A stretch of DNA of 64,000 nucleotides from Heterodontus francisci (taxonomy: Eukaryota): contig NC_090404.1 in assembly GCF_036365525.1 (NCBI RefSeq), positions 4,402,001 through 4,466,000 on the forward strand, given 5' to 3'. The notes beneath the pieces were generated by a model. That model was not told the DNA's origin and did no database searches. It was given only the letters and a program-made list of their open reading frames with translations. This document shows, piece after piece, positions 12,640 to 25,870 of the stretch (positions are counted from its first letter, which is position 1; each line of letters begins with the position of its first letter). Both the position numbers and the translations under genes were made by a program.

Positions 12640-14185
12640 GATTGTTTACATTACTTGAAACAGGTGCTGCCTTCATTATTACTGCTCCAGATCCTGTTTC
12701 TGTTTATATTACACTAGATGCTGTCTCTGTTTATATTAAGCTAGAACTTGCTTTTGTCTATATTATACTAGATGTTGTCTCTGTTTATATTATACTCGGT
12801 CATTTTCCAATTCGTATTCCAACAAATATTGTCTCTGATGATATAAAAACAGTATATTGCTCAGCTATTCCGACATTGGCCCAATCCCAGGTGTTAATAC
12901 TCTGGACCATGTTTCTGCTTGCACCACACAATACCCTGTCTCGGTCATTCCTGCACGAGATCACATTTCTGTTTCTGTCACACAAAGCCCTGTCTCTGTT
13001 ATTACTGCAATGGACCATCTCTCTGTTACTACTACACGGAATTCTGTCTCACCGAGTGCTGCACTTGTGCATGTCTCAGATGATTGAAATCGAGGTTCTG
13101 TATCAATAATTACTGCACTGGACCTTGTCTCGGTTTTTCTTCTAATGGACCCTGTCTCACGTATGACTACATTCTATCATGTCCCTGTTCTCATTGCACA
13201 AGACACTGTCCCAATTATTATTGCACTCGACAGATTTCAGATTACACTTGATCATGTATCTGTTTAACTGACACCAGAACATGTCTGTTAATACGACACG
13301 AGACACAATCTCAGTTTTTACTGAGCTGGACCCAGTGTTGGTTCATATTACCGTAGATCTTGTATCAATAATTGGTGCACTGGAGCCTGTCTCAGTATTC
13401 CTGCACAAGGCCCTGTCCCTGTTTATATTACCACAGTGCCTGTCTCTGATCATATTGCACCAGTCCCTCTCTCAGTTATTACTGCTCTGGACCCTATCCC
13501 AGCTGCTACTACACAGGACTATGTCTCTGTTTATATTAAGTTCGGCAAAGTCTCTGTCATTGCTGCACCAAACCCTGTGTCTGTTTATAGTACACTAAAC
13601 CCAGTCTCAATTAGTGCTGGACCATTCAATGTCTCCGTTCATATTACACTGGAACATGTCCCTGTTAATACTCCACTTGAACATGTCCCTGTTCAAATTA
13701 AAATAAGCCTTGTCTTTTCATTACTAATGTGTTCATATTGCAATTGGAACACTCTCTGTTTATATTACACAGGACCCTGTCTCTTTTTATATGACACTTG
13801 ATCCTGTCTCTTTTTATATTACACTAGACCCTGCCTCTGTTTCTATTCCATTTGACCCTTTCTCTGTTTATATTACACTCGAACATGACTCAGTTACGAC
13901 TGGACTTCGTTGCTTCTCTGTTTATATTACATTCGACCCTATCTCTGTTCTTACTGCTCCAGGCCTTGGCCATGTTTACATTACACTCGACCTTATCTCT
14001 GTTCTTTCAGCACCAAGCCCTGTCACTGTTTATATTACTCTCGACCCTGTCTCTGATTGCATTACACTCTGCCGTGCCTCTGTTATTATTGAACTAGGCC
14101 CTGTCTCTGTTTATATTACTTTGGACGCTGACTCTGTTTATATTGCAGTTGACCCTGTCTCTTTTTATATTTCACGAGACCCATT
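12640..14185 (+). repeat. Degenerate 27-bp satellite, best-preserved block
   Basis: Translates as repeated YITLDPVSV nonapeptides, indicating a 27-nt period. Confidence 0.9.
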
Positions 14186-14189
14186 TCAG

Positions 14190-16790
14190 CAAAAGTGACC
14201 ATAACGCTGGAAGGTTTAAGGTAGTTATGGAAAAGGACAAAGATAGATCAGAAATAAAGGTACAGAATTGGGGGAAGGACGATTTCAATACGATAAAACA
14301 GTATCTGGCCTAAGTGGACTGGGAGTCGCTACTTGGAGGAAAGTCTACACCAGACCAGTGGGAGTCATTCAAGGAGGAAACAGTGAGAGTTCAAAGACAA
14401 CATGTACCCGTTAAGGTGAAGGGAACCCTGGATGTCAAGGGATATAGAGGATTGGATCAGGAAAAAAGGAAGCTTTTGGCAGATTCACAGCGCTGAAAGC
14501 AGTGGAGGTACTAGATGAGTATAGAAAGTGTAGCAGGGGGGTACTTAAAAAAGTAGTTAGGAGAGAGAAGAGTAGATAAGAAAAAACACTGGCAGGCTAG
14601 ATAAAGGAAAATTCTAAAGCGTTTTCTAAGTATATTAAGGGTAAGAGGATAACCAGGGAAAGAGTAGGACCCATTAGGGACCAAAGGTGCAATCTCTGTG
14701 TGGAGCCGGAGGACATTGGTGAGGTTTTAAATGATTACTTTTAATCTGAGTTCACCATAGAGAAGGTCAATGTTGGTGTAGAGATCAAGGAAGGGGATTG
14801 TGATATACTTGAACATATTAGCATTGAAAGGGAGGAAGTATTAGCGGTTCTGGTGGGCTTAAAAGTGGATGAATCCCCAGGCCCAGATGAGATGCATCCC
14901 AGGCGGTTATGTGAGGCAAGGGAAGAGATAGCATGGACTCTGACACAAATTTTCAAATCTGCTCTGGCCACAGGAGAGGTACCAGAGGATTGGAGGACAG
15001 CGAATGTGGTACCATTATTCAAGAAGGGTAGTAGGGATAAACCAGGGAATTGCAGGCCGGTGAGTGTAACATCAGTGGTAAGGAAATTATTGGAAAAAAC
15101 TCTGAGGGATAGGATTAATCTCCACTTGGAGAGGCAGGGATTAATCAGGGATAGGGAGCATGGCTTTGTCAGGGGGAGATCGTGTCTAACTAACTAGATT
15201 GAATGTTACAAGGCGGTGACTCAATGGATAGATGAGGATAAAGCAGTTGATATTCTACATGGACTTCAGTCAGGTTTTTGATAAGGTCCCACATGGGAGA
15301 TTGTTTAAAAAGATAAGATCTCATGGGATCCAGGGCAATTTGGCATATTGGATCCAAAATTGGCTCAGTAGCAGGAGGCAGAGGGTTATGGTTGAGGGTT
15401 GTTTTTGCAAGTGGAAGCCTTTGACCAGTGGTGTACCGCAGGGATCGGTGCTGGGACCCATACTGTTTGTAGTGTACATTAATGATTTAGGCGTGAATAT
15501 AGGAGGTGTGATCAGTAAGTTCGCAGATGACATGAAAATTGGTGGTGCCGTAAATAGTGAGGAGGATGGCCTTCCATTACAGGACGATATCGATGGGCTG
15601 GTAAGATGGGCAGAACCGTGGCAAATAGAATTTAATCCTGAGAAGTGTGAGGTGATGCATTTTTGGAGTACTAATCAGGCAAGGGAATATATCGTGGATG
15701 GCAGGACCCTATGAAATACAGAAGGTCAGAGGGACCTTGGTGTAATTGTCCATAGATCACTGAAAGCAGCAGCACAGGTAGATAAGATGGTTAATATAAA
15801 AGCAAAGTACTGCGGATGCTGGAAATCTGAAACAAAAACAAGAAATGCTGGAATCACTCAGCAGGTCTGGCAGCATCTGTGGAAAGAGAAGCAGAGTTAA
15901 CGTTTCAGGTCAGTGACCCTTCTTCGGATAAGATGGTTAGCAGGGCAGATGAAAATTATTAGAGGCATTTATGGGATCGATAGGAAGAAACATTTTCCCT
16001 CATGCGGATAGGTCAATAACTAGGGGACATAGATTTAAGATAAGGGGCAGGAGTTTTAGAGGGGAGTGGAGGAAAGAAAATTCACCCAGAGGTTGATTGG
16101 AATCTGGAACACACTGCCTGAAGAGGTTGTAGAGGCAGGAACACACACGACATTTAAGAAGTATTTAGATGAGCACTTGAAATGCCATAGTATACAAGAC
16201 TATGGGTCAAGTGCGGGCAAGTGGGATTAGTTTTGGACAGGTGCTTGATGGTCAGCGCAGGGGCGCTGGGCCGAAGGGCCTGCTTCTGTGGTGTAAAGCT
16301 CTATGACTCTATAGGATTCTTGACTTTATGAGCCGAGGCATTGAATATAAGAGCAGGGAAGTTATGGTGGAGCTGTATAAAACACTGGTTAGGCCACAGC
16401 TGGAGTACTGTGAACAGTTCTGGGCACCACACTATTGGAAGGATGTGATTGCACTGGAGAGGGTGCAGAGGAGATTCAGCAGGATGTTGCCTGGGCTGGA
16501 GCATTTCAGCTCTTCAGAGAGACTGAAAAGGCTAGGGTTGTTTTACTTAGAGCAGAGAAGGCTGAGGGGGAACATGATTGAGGTTTACAAAATAATGAGG
16601 GGCGGTGATAGGTTAGATAGGAAGAAAATGTTTCCCTCAGCGGAGGTGTCAATCACCAGGGAGCATAGATTTAAGGTAAGGGGCAGGAGGTTTAGAAGGG
16701 ATTTGAGGAATTTGTTTTTCACTCTGAGGATGGTTGGAATCTGGAATGCACTGCATGAAGAGGTGGTGGAGGCAGGAACCCCCACAACAT
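14190..16790 (+). mobile_element. Decayed CR1 LINE ORF2 with nested insertions
   Basis: SPGPDEMHPR, WRTANVVP, FDKVPH, FADD. Penelope piece 15794-15926 flanked by a 13-bp duplication GATAAGATGGTTA; extra CR1 3' end at ~15950-16310. Confidence 0.92.
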
Positions 16791-17678
16791 TTACACTATA
16801 TTACACTAGACCATGTTTCAGTTATGACTGGACTTCGTTGCATCTCTGTTTATATTACACTAGACACTATCTCTGTTCTTACTGCACCAGTCCCTGTCTC
16901 TGTTTATATTACACTGGACCCTCTCTCGGTTTATATTACACTGGGCCATGTTGGTTTTTCACTGCACTAGGCCATGTTTCCAGTAGATGAAGAGATATTA
17001 TTATAAATAAAGATGTTAGACTGGAAATTGGTATCAGGTTACGGCCGAATGAACGCTTTTGGCTCGGCCGCCCTTTCTACCCAGGGCCTGGTGTTCAATT
17101 TCATTGCAGTCAACGGAGTTGCTGTGTCTCCCGGGTGGTCAATCCAATTGCGACGCTTTCTGTGCCACTGCCTGAAACCAATTTCCATCTTGTGTGTCTG
17201 TGTGTTTGGCGGGTGCAATCATTTTCTGTATGGAAGAATACCTTTAATCTTGTTAATACCTATCAGTAGCTTATGTGAAATTTCTAATTGCTCTGGTGTT
17301 ATGTGGGTAATATTTGTGTTGAAAGGATGGGCTGAATCTTGCAACAAGCTCCCAGAGACGGACTGGGTGGGATTGAAGGACAGGACTAAAGGTCAGTAAT
17401 AGTGTACTGCACTTTACAACACTTGGTAACAAACTCTGTTGTGTTAAAGTGTACTAATTCACACTTGTGTTGTACTGTGACAATTCCTCACTTTTTAATG
17501 TTCAGGATATTTTAGTCGCTGCGGGATTTTCAATTTCGAGTTCACCTGACCTCGTGATTGTGTTCGAAACAGCCTGGAACAGTGACCCCGCAGCCCCAAC
17601 CGACAGGCTGCCGCAGGGTCCTAATGTCCACCAAGTTCAATCATCTGATCAACAGGGACAACTGAAATGAAAACACAC

Positions 17679-17812
17679 NNNNNNNNNNNNNNNNNNNNNN
17701 NNNNNNNNNNNNNNNNNNNNNNNNNNNNNNNNNNNNNNNNNNNNNNNNNNNNNNNNNNNNNNNNNNNNNNNNNNNNNNNNNNNNNNNNNNNNNNNNNNNN
17801 NNNNNNNNNNNN
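17679..17812. other. Assembly gap (N run)
   Basis: Run of n. Confidence 1.
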
Positions 17813-17899
17813 ATTGCAAGGTGGTTCCACATCGTTATATAATCTATTTCACTAGATTGTTTCTGCATTTTATTTCCTTTTATTCAAACTGTAATTGCA

Positions 17900-18560
17900 G
17901 ATTGTTTAATACCGTGTGATATAAACAGAGATATGGCCCCGTGCAATTATAACAGAGAGACAGGACATCAGGTGAAACTATAAGAACCATGTCTTGATGT
18001 AATCGTTATTGAAACAATACTTCGTACAATAATAACTGAAAGTGGTTATAGTGCAAGACTAACAGAAGCAGGGTTAGCATTCACAATACCAGAAACATGG
18101 TCCTACAGAAAAGTGACAGAGACAAAGTCTCCAGCAATAATAATAGAGGTGTGCACTGGAATTGGAATAACAGACAGGTTATTTTTCTAAAAATAAGAAT
18201 GGCAATGTGTAACAATTACACAGACAGGGTCTAATACAATAAGAGTAGAGGCAGGATCCAGAGTATAACAGCAAAGATGTGGCTTACTTTGAGTGTAACC
18301 AAGGCAATGTTTGATCCAATAATAACAGAGGCAGGCTGCAGTGTATTACTGAACACATCACTATATCCAGTGTGATGATAACACAGTCAGTATCCAGTGC
18401 ATCAAAACCAAAGCTTTGGTCTCCTATCATAGTGCAAGTGAGTCAGAATCTATTGACATAACATCAAATACTTTGCCTAACACCTCATAACAGAGTCAAT
18501 GTCCACTGCAGTTTGAATGGGATGGGCTTAGTGTAATTACGCAGGCACTGTCTGGTGTAA
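17900..18560 (-). repeat. Same 27-bp satellite, inverted; another inverted block at ~28585-28900
   Basis: Units such as aataacagagacagggtctagtgtaat are reverse complements of the consensus. Confidence 0.75.
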
Positions 18561-19229
18561 TGGGAGCTGGGAAAAGATCATGTCAGCATTGACACTCTCA
18601 GCCTCAGTCAGAAGATGTGGGATCAAGCCCCACTCCAGACACTCGACTGCATAATCTAGGCCGATGCTCCCGTTGCCAATATAAATGCAAGTCGTTCTGT
18701 TCTTTTGCCCACTAATTTCTTAGACTCAGAAGGAGTGAGGGGAATGGCAGATGGAGCAATTCTAGGCAATTTCTCCACCCAGCGAGGCAGGGGTTCTGGT
18801 GACATAATTGCAAGTTTGACGTGACTGCCCACTCCTAAAAGACATCTTCCCCCTCTCCCACTAATAATCACAGAGGCCGGCTCAAGGGTATCAATAACAA
18901 AGGCTGCCTTTACTGCAGGAACTCTTACCTTGAGAGAGGCAGGGGGTCTAATAAACACCCGATTGTAATAGGAAGACAAAGTGCAGGTAAGCACTGACGT
19001 TTTGGGCCCAGTACAGGCTTCTGTGTTATGGTGAGTGAAACAGGGAGTAGTGTGAAAAAATAGGAATGGAAACATCATGACAGGCACATGTGGCTGACTC
19101 CACCTGACTAAGCTGATGCACAAAAGGGGGTGACCATGAGGACAGGGCGTACTCCAGAGATTTCTGATATCTGAGGTGGCAATGGTGCATGTCTCAGAGG
19201 AACTGAAAAGAAACTGTTTCTTCTCATCT

Positions 19230-19680
19230 GTCAGCTGTGCCTCAGTTTTTACAACGCTCACCTTTGAGTCATAAGCTTCCAGGTTCAAGACCCAATCCGG
19301 GGCTTGAGAGCAAAAATCAAGGCTGATACAGTAGTGCAGTATTGAGGTGCCGTCTTTCAGATGAGATGTTAAACCGAGGCCCAAATCTACTTGCTCGGGT
19401 GGATGTAAAAGCTCTCTGGTACTATTTGGAAGAAGAACAAAGGAGTTATCCCCAGTGTCCTGGTCAAGGTTTATCCCTCAATCAACATCACAAAAACAGA
19501 TTATCTAGTCTTGATCGCATTGCTGCTTGTGGGAGTTTGCTGTTTGTAAACTGGCTGATATGTTTCCTGCATTACAACAGTGACTACACTTCAAAAGTAC
19601 TTCATGGATTCTAAAGCATTTTGAGATGTCCGGTGGTTGTGAAAAGCGTGATATAAATGCAAGTCTTTCCTTTCCTTTTT
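19230..19680 (+). mobile_element. DeuSINE-like SINE
   Basis: Paralog of 3760-4245; an internally deleted copy lies at ~18575-18705. Confidence 0.7.
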
Positions 19681-20805
19681 GCAGTCGCTGTGTTGCACAG
19701 GAACATCGGGGCCGGATCTGACAATTCGTAGAAACCAATGTTTTAAATCTTTTGCTAAAGCCAATTAAATTCAAAGTTCAAACCTCACCAGAGGAAAATT
19801 CCGAGTTGTGCAAAAATGAGTGAGCTGTCCAATTAATCCCATTGTTCATATCGCTGCCAATTTGCACCCCCCACCCCCACTCCACCACAACCATCTTTAT
19901 GGCAACAAAACCAAAAGGGGAGATGACAAGAATTTTGTTTTAATACAGAGATTTTCTGTGATCTGGAATGCACACCATGAAAGGGTGCTTGAAGCAGATT
20001 GAACAGTAACTTTCAAAGGGAACTGGATAAATACCTGAGGGGAGAGGGGAGATTGTTGCAGGATTCACCCCATCCTTTCAACACAAATATTACCCACATA
20101 ATACCAGAGCAATTAGAAATTTCAAACAGCTACTGATAGCTATTAACAAGGTTAAAGATATTCTTCCAGACAGAAAATGATTACACCCGCCCTATTTTGA
20201 ACACTTCTATTAAATAGTAACACACGCAGGTGGAGAGAGAGAGAGAGAAAGAGAGAGAAAAACAGACACTTTTAAAAAGGCAGAAACACGAGGTGGTGAG
20301 AGATAAAAGCTGAGAAATAGAGAAAACAAGGAACACACAGAGAGAATGGCATAAAATTAAAGGGAGCAAACTGCCAGCTGCCGGTTTCAGAGAGCAGAGG
20401 GAGCTCAGTGACTGATGCACAGACATGGTCAGTTATGTCCGGGAATGGAGACTCGAAACAGAAACAACAGGTTCATTTGTAAATGTCACCACAATGTGAT
20501 CTGTGTGACTCTGCACCGACTCTGTGGATAGATATAGGCCGCCTTGGCATATGTTTCCACCAGATTGTGGCCCCTGGATTTATTTTCTGCTCAGAAGTGA
20601 GATGTGTGGTTTGGAACCGGCAGAAGAGAAACAGGAAGTTGTGTTGCCTGAGAATGAAATAGCAGGTGTCAATTTCAGGTTGTCACCATGAACAGTCTTC
20701 CTGCCTGTGAGGGTGGATTCAATCTGACAGCACCAAGAACAAGCTCACAAATTGCTTCTGGTCTCAACATCGCGTTCACCTCCATTCACATTTAATTCAC
20801 ATTTG

Positions 20806-21490
20806 ATTCAGTGAGTTCAGTCTGCGAGAGAGGACAGAGGTTCATTGAGTTCAGTCTGAGCAAGAGGAGAGAGGTTCAGTGAGTTCAGTCTGAGAGAGGA
20901 GAGAGGTTCAGTGAGTTTAGTCTGAGAGAGAGGAGAGAGGTTCAGTGAGTTCAGTCTGAGAGAGAGGAGAGAGGTTCAGTGAGTTCATTCTGAGAGAGAG
21001 GCGAGTGATTCCGTGCGTTCAGTCTGAGAGGAGAGAAATTCAATGAGTTCAGTCTGAGACAGTGCAGAGAGGTTCAGTGAGTTCAGTCTGAGAGAGAGGA
21101 GATTGATTCAGTGAGTTCAGTCTGACAGAAAGGAGAGAAATTCAATGAGTTCCGTCTGAGAGACAGGAGAGAGATTCAGTGAGTTCAGTCTGAGAGAGAG
21201 GAGAGAGATTCAGTGTGTTCAGTCTGAGAGAGAGGAGAGAGGTTCAGTGAGTTCAGTCTGAGAGAGAGGGGATAGGTCCAGTGAGTTCAGTCTGAGCGAG
21301 AGAAGAGAGATTCAGTGAGTTCAGTCTGAAGGAGAGGAGAGAGATTCAGTGAGTTCAGTCTGAGAGAGAGGAGAGAGATTCAGTGAGTTCAGTCTGAGAG
21401 AGAGGAGAGAGATTCGGTGAGTTCAGTCTGAGAGAGGAGAGAGCTTCAGTGACTTCATTGCATCTGAGAGAGAGGTTCAATGAGTTCAGT
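20806..21490 (+). repeat. Tandem minisatellite, ~21 units of ~33 bp (GAGAGGTTCAGTGAGTTCAGTCTGAGAGAGAG-like)
   Basis: Directly visible periodicity. Confidence 0.95.
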
Positions 21491-22070
21491 GACAGACGTG
21501 TTCGCCTGGGAATTGGAAGAGTCTGTGTGAGATCACTTTCTCAACAAGACCACACAACAGAATGTGTTGTGAATAGGTGTTATCGTTATTGAATGATACG
21601 TAATACTATTACATTTTGAATAAATTGAAATTGAATAAAATGTTGTACAACGCTTCATGCACATAATCACTTATGTTAGTGCAATGCATTGCATGCATTG
21701 AGAAGTATGTGTTCTGGGCGCGCCGTATCCACACACAACACACACACACACATGTGCCTCACACACGGTCACCCACAAACCACACAACCACACCCACAGA
21801 GCATACCACACACATGCACATATGCACACACAGAAACATTTTGTTTTAGCTGGTTTCAGTTGCACCACTGAACTAGTTGATGAAAATCTAATCAGTTGGA
21901 CATTAGGACCCTACGGCAGCCCATCTGGTGGTGCTGGGAGGACACGGTTCCAGACTCTGTCCAACACAATCTGTGGGTCAGGCGAAAGTTAAACAGAAAT
22001 TCCTGCAGAAAAAAAAAATCCTTAACATTAAAAAAAAATTATCAGCAATGGAGACAGTACAACACAAATA

Positions 22071-25000
22071 TCATAGAGTTATGCAGGACACAAACAGGCC
22101 CTTCGGCCCATTGTGTCTTTCCCGTTCATCAAGCACCTAACTATTCTAATCCCATTTTCCAGCCATTGGATCAGAGCCTTGTATAATATGGCGTTTCAGG
22201 TGCTCATCTATATACTTCTTGTTGTGAGGGTTCCTGCCTCTACCACCTCTTCAAGCAGTGCATTCTCGATTCCAACCACTCTCTGGGTGAAAATGTTTTC
22301 CTCAAATCCACTCTAAACCTCCTGCACCTTACCTTAAAACTATGCCCCCTGGTTATTGACCGCTCGGCTAAGGGAAAATGTTTCTTCCTATCTAACCTAT
22401 CAATGCCCCTCATAATTTTGTCTCCCTCAATCATATCTCCCCTCACCCTTCTCTGCTCCAAGGAAAACAACCGTAGCCTTTTCAGTCTCTCTGCATAGCT
22501 GAAATGCTCCAGCCCAAGCAGCATCCTGGTGAATCTTCTCAGCACCCTCTCCAGTGCAATCACATCCTTCCTATAGTGTGGTGCCCAGAACTGTGCACAG
22601 TACTCTAGCTGTGGCCTAACTGGCATTTTATACAGCTGCATCATAACCTCCCTGCTCTGAAATTCTATGCCTTGGCTCATGAAGGCAGGTATCCCATATG
22701 CTTTCCTAACCACCTTATCTACCTGTGCTGCTGCCTTAAGTGATCTATGGACAAGTATACCAAGGTCCCTCTGACCCTCTGTATTTCCTAGGGTCCTACC
22801 ATCCGTTGTATATTCCCCTGCCTTGTTAGTCCTCTCAAAATGCATCACATCACACTTCTCAGGATTAAATTCCATTTGCCAAAGCTCCACCCATCTTACC
22901 AGCCCATCAACATCGGCCTGTAATCTGAGGCTTTCCTCCTCACTTTTTATGACACCACCAATTTTCGTGTCATCTGCGAACCTACTTACCATACCTCCTA
23001 TGTTCACGTCTAAATCAATAATGTACACTAAAAACAGCAAGGGTCGCAGCAACAATCCCTGTGGTACACTATTGGTCACAGGCTTCCACTCACAAAAACA
23101 ACCCTCGACCATGACCATCTGCCTCCTGCCACTGAGCCCATTTTGGATCCAATTTGCCAATTTGCTTCTTGACCAATCTCCCATGTGGGACCTTATCAAA
23201 AGCCTTACTGAAGTCCATAAATACTACATCAACTGCTTTATTCTCATCTACAAAATGTCATCACTGCCTCAAAAAATTCACTCAAGCTAGTCAGACACGA
23301 TCTCCCACTGACAAAGCAATGCTGACTATCCCTGATTAATCCCTGCCTCTCCAATTGGAGATTAATCCTGTCCCTCAGAGATTTTTCCAATAGTTTCCCA
23401 ACCAATGATATTAGACTCACTGGCCTGTAATTACCTGGTTTATCCCTGCTACCCTTCTTAAATAATGGTACCACATTCGCGGTCCTCCAATTCTCTGGTA
23501 CCTCTCCTGTGGCCAGAGAGGATTTGAAACTTTGAGTCAGAGCCACTGCTACCTCCTCCCTTGCCTCACATAACAGCCTGTGTGACATCTCATCTGGGCG
23601 TGGGGATTTGTACAGTTTTAAGCCCGATATAACTGCTAATACTTCTTCCCTTTCAATGCTAATATGTTCAAGTATATCACAATCCCCCTCCCTGATCTCT
23701 ACACCGACATCGTCCTTCTCCATAGTGAACACAGATGAAAAGTAATCATTTAAAACCTCACCTATGTTCTCCGGCTCCACACACAGAATGCCACTTTGGT
23801 CCCGAATGGGTCCTACTCTTTCCCTGGTTATCCTCTTGCCTTTAATATACTTGCAAAACGCCTTAGGATTTTCCTTTATCTTGCCTGCCAGTGTTTTTTC
23901 ATGTCCCCTCTTCGCTCTCCTAATTACTAATTTAAGTACCCCCCGACAATTTCGATACTCCTCTAGTGCCTCCACTGTTTTCAGCACACTGAATGTGCCA
24001 TAAGTTTCCGTTTTTTTACTGATCCAATCCTCTATATCCCTTAACATCCAGGGTTCCCTGAACTTGTTGGTTCTACCCTTCACCTTACTGGTTACATGTT
24101 GGCTCTGAACTCTCACTATTTCCTCTTTGAATGACTCCCACTGATCTGATGTCGACTTTCCTACAAGTAGCTGCTCTCAGTCCACTTTGGCCAGATCATG
24201 TTTTATCATCCGAAAATCGGCCTTCTCCCAATTCAGAACCTTTATTTTCCGTCCATCTTTGTCCTTTTCCATAACTACCTTAAATCTTGCAGAGTTATGG
24301 ACACTATCCCCGAAATGTTCCCCCACTGACACTTCTCCCACTTGTCCGGCTTCATTCCCTAGGATTAGGTCCAGTACTGTCCCTTCCCTTGTTTGGACTA
24401 TCTACGTACTGGCTCAAAAAGCTCTCCTGTATGCATTTTAAGAATTCTGCCCCCTTTAAGCTATTTGCACTGAGTCGATCCCAGTTGATATTGGGGAAGT
24501 TGAAATTCCCTGCTATTATTACCCTATTATTTTTACATCTCTCTGAGATTTGCCTACATATCTGCTCCTCTATCTCTCCCTGACTATTTGGAGGCCTGTA
24601 GTACACTCCCAGCCAAGTGATTGCCCCATTTGTGTTTTTAAGTTCTACCCATTTGAGGAACCTTCTAAGATATCATCCCTCCTCATTGCAATAATTGACT
24701 CCTTGATCAACAGTGCAAGGCCAACTCCTCTTTTACACCCTCCCCTATCATGCCTGAAGATTCTATTCCCTGGGATACTGAGCTGCCAGCACTGCCCTTC
24801 CCTCAACAATGACCCTGCGACAGTAATAATACCATATTCCCATGTGTTAATCAACACCCTCAATTCATCTGCCTTACTTGTAAGACTCCTTGCATTAAAA
24901 TAGATGCAATCCAGCCTTGAATTTTGCACTTGTGCCTTAACAGGTCTATATTTGCTCTGCCTTCCAGATTGACTCAGTTTATGTCGATGACTGTGCATCA

Positions 25001-25429
25001 CCCTCCACGATACCTACACTCAGTATCCCATCCCCCTGCCAAGTTAGTTTAAACCACACACCCCCACACCCAGCAACAGCACCAGCAAACCTCCCAGCAA
25101 GGATGTTGGCCCGTTCTGGTTCAGGTGCAACCCGTCCAACTTGTTCAGGTCCCAAATTTGCTGGAAACAGACCCAGTGATCAAGGAAACTAAAGCCTTCC
25201 CTCCTGCACCACCTCCTCAGCCACGCATTCATCTGCTCTATCCTACTAATCCTATACTCACCAGCACGTGGCACCGAGAGTAATCCAGGGATTACAACCT
25301 TTGAGATCCTGCTTGTTAATCTTCTTCCTAGCTCACTAAATTCTTGTTACAGGACCTCATCCCTCTTTTCACCTATGTCGTTGGTGCCAAAGTGTACTAC
25401 GACCTCTGACTGTTCCCCTCCCCTTTCAG
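22071..25429 (-). mobile_element. Long CR1 LINE (ORF1 esterase end, APE, RT), decayed; probable AATA duplication
   Basis: NAWLRRWCRREGFSFLDHW, CIYFNARSL, YRPPNS, FADD. It splits a copy of the local duplicated module. Confidence 0.93.
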
Positions 25430-25827
25430 AATATGTATTAGTAAACTTTGACACAACAGAGTGTGTCACTAAGTAATGTAAAGCGCAGTGCACTATTGCT
25501 CACCTTTAGTCCTGTCCCTCAATCCCAGTTCATCTCTGGGAGACTGTTGCAGGATTCAACCCATCCTTTCAACACCAATATTACCCACATAATAAAGAGC
25601 AATTAGAAATTGAAAACAGCTGCTGATAATTATTCACAAAACTAAACGTATTTTTCGTACGAAAAATGAATAATTCCTCACACACAAATGTTTATCTTTA
25701 TATGTATTAATATGTATGACTGTCACTGTCGTCCCATCTAGCTATATGTCTGTCTATCTCCCAATCTATCTGTCTGTCTGTCGCGCTGTGTGGCTAGCTA
25801 GCTATCAAGTTATTTGTGTGGCTATTT

Positions 25828-25870
25828 GTCTATCTATCTATCTATCTATCTATCTGTCTATCTATCTATC
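25828..25870. repeat. (TATC)n microsatellite
   Basis: tatctatctatc run. Confidence 0.9.

Noticed and set aside
12495-14198. Hydrophobic repeat ORFs as a membrane-protein gene
   Set aside because: They derive from the 27-bp satellite; frames break frequently and there is no exon structure.
20806-21490. Tandem array as a CRISPR array or Ig class-switch region
   Set aside because: Vertebrate DNA with no unique spacers. It is not AGCT-rich, lies far 3' of C-mu, and sharks lack canonical switch regions.
22823-23290. ORFs antisense to CR1 RT (also 8010-8381, 32512-32916 and others)
   Set aside because: Shadow frames of LINE ORF2, not host genes.
25495-25535. J-like W-x-x-G-T-G-L-K-V-S string in the duplicated module (minus strand)
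   Set aside because: The paralogous copies keep TGA at the second x, and there is no upstream heptamer/nonamer.
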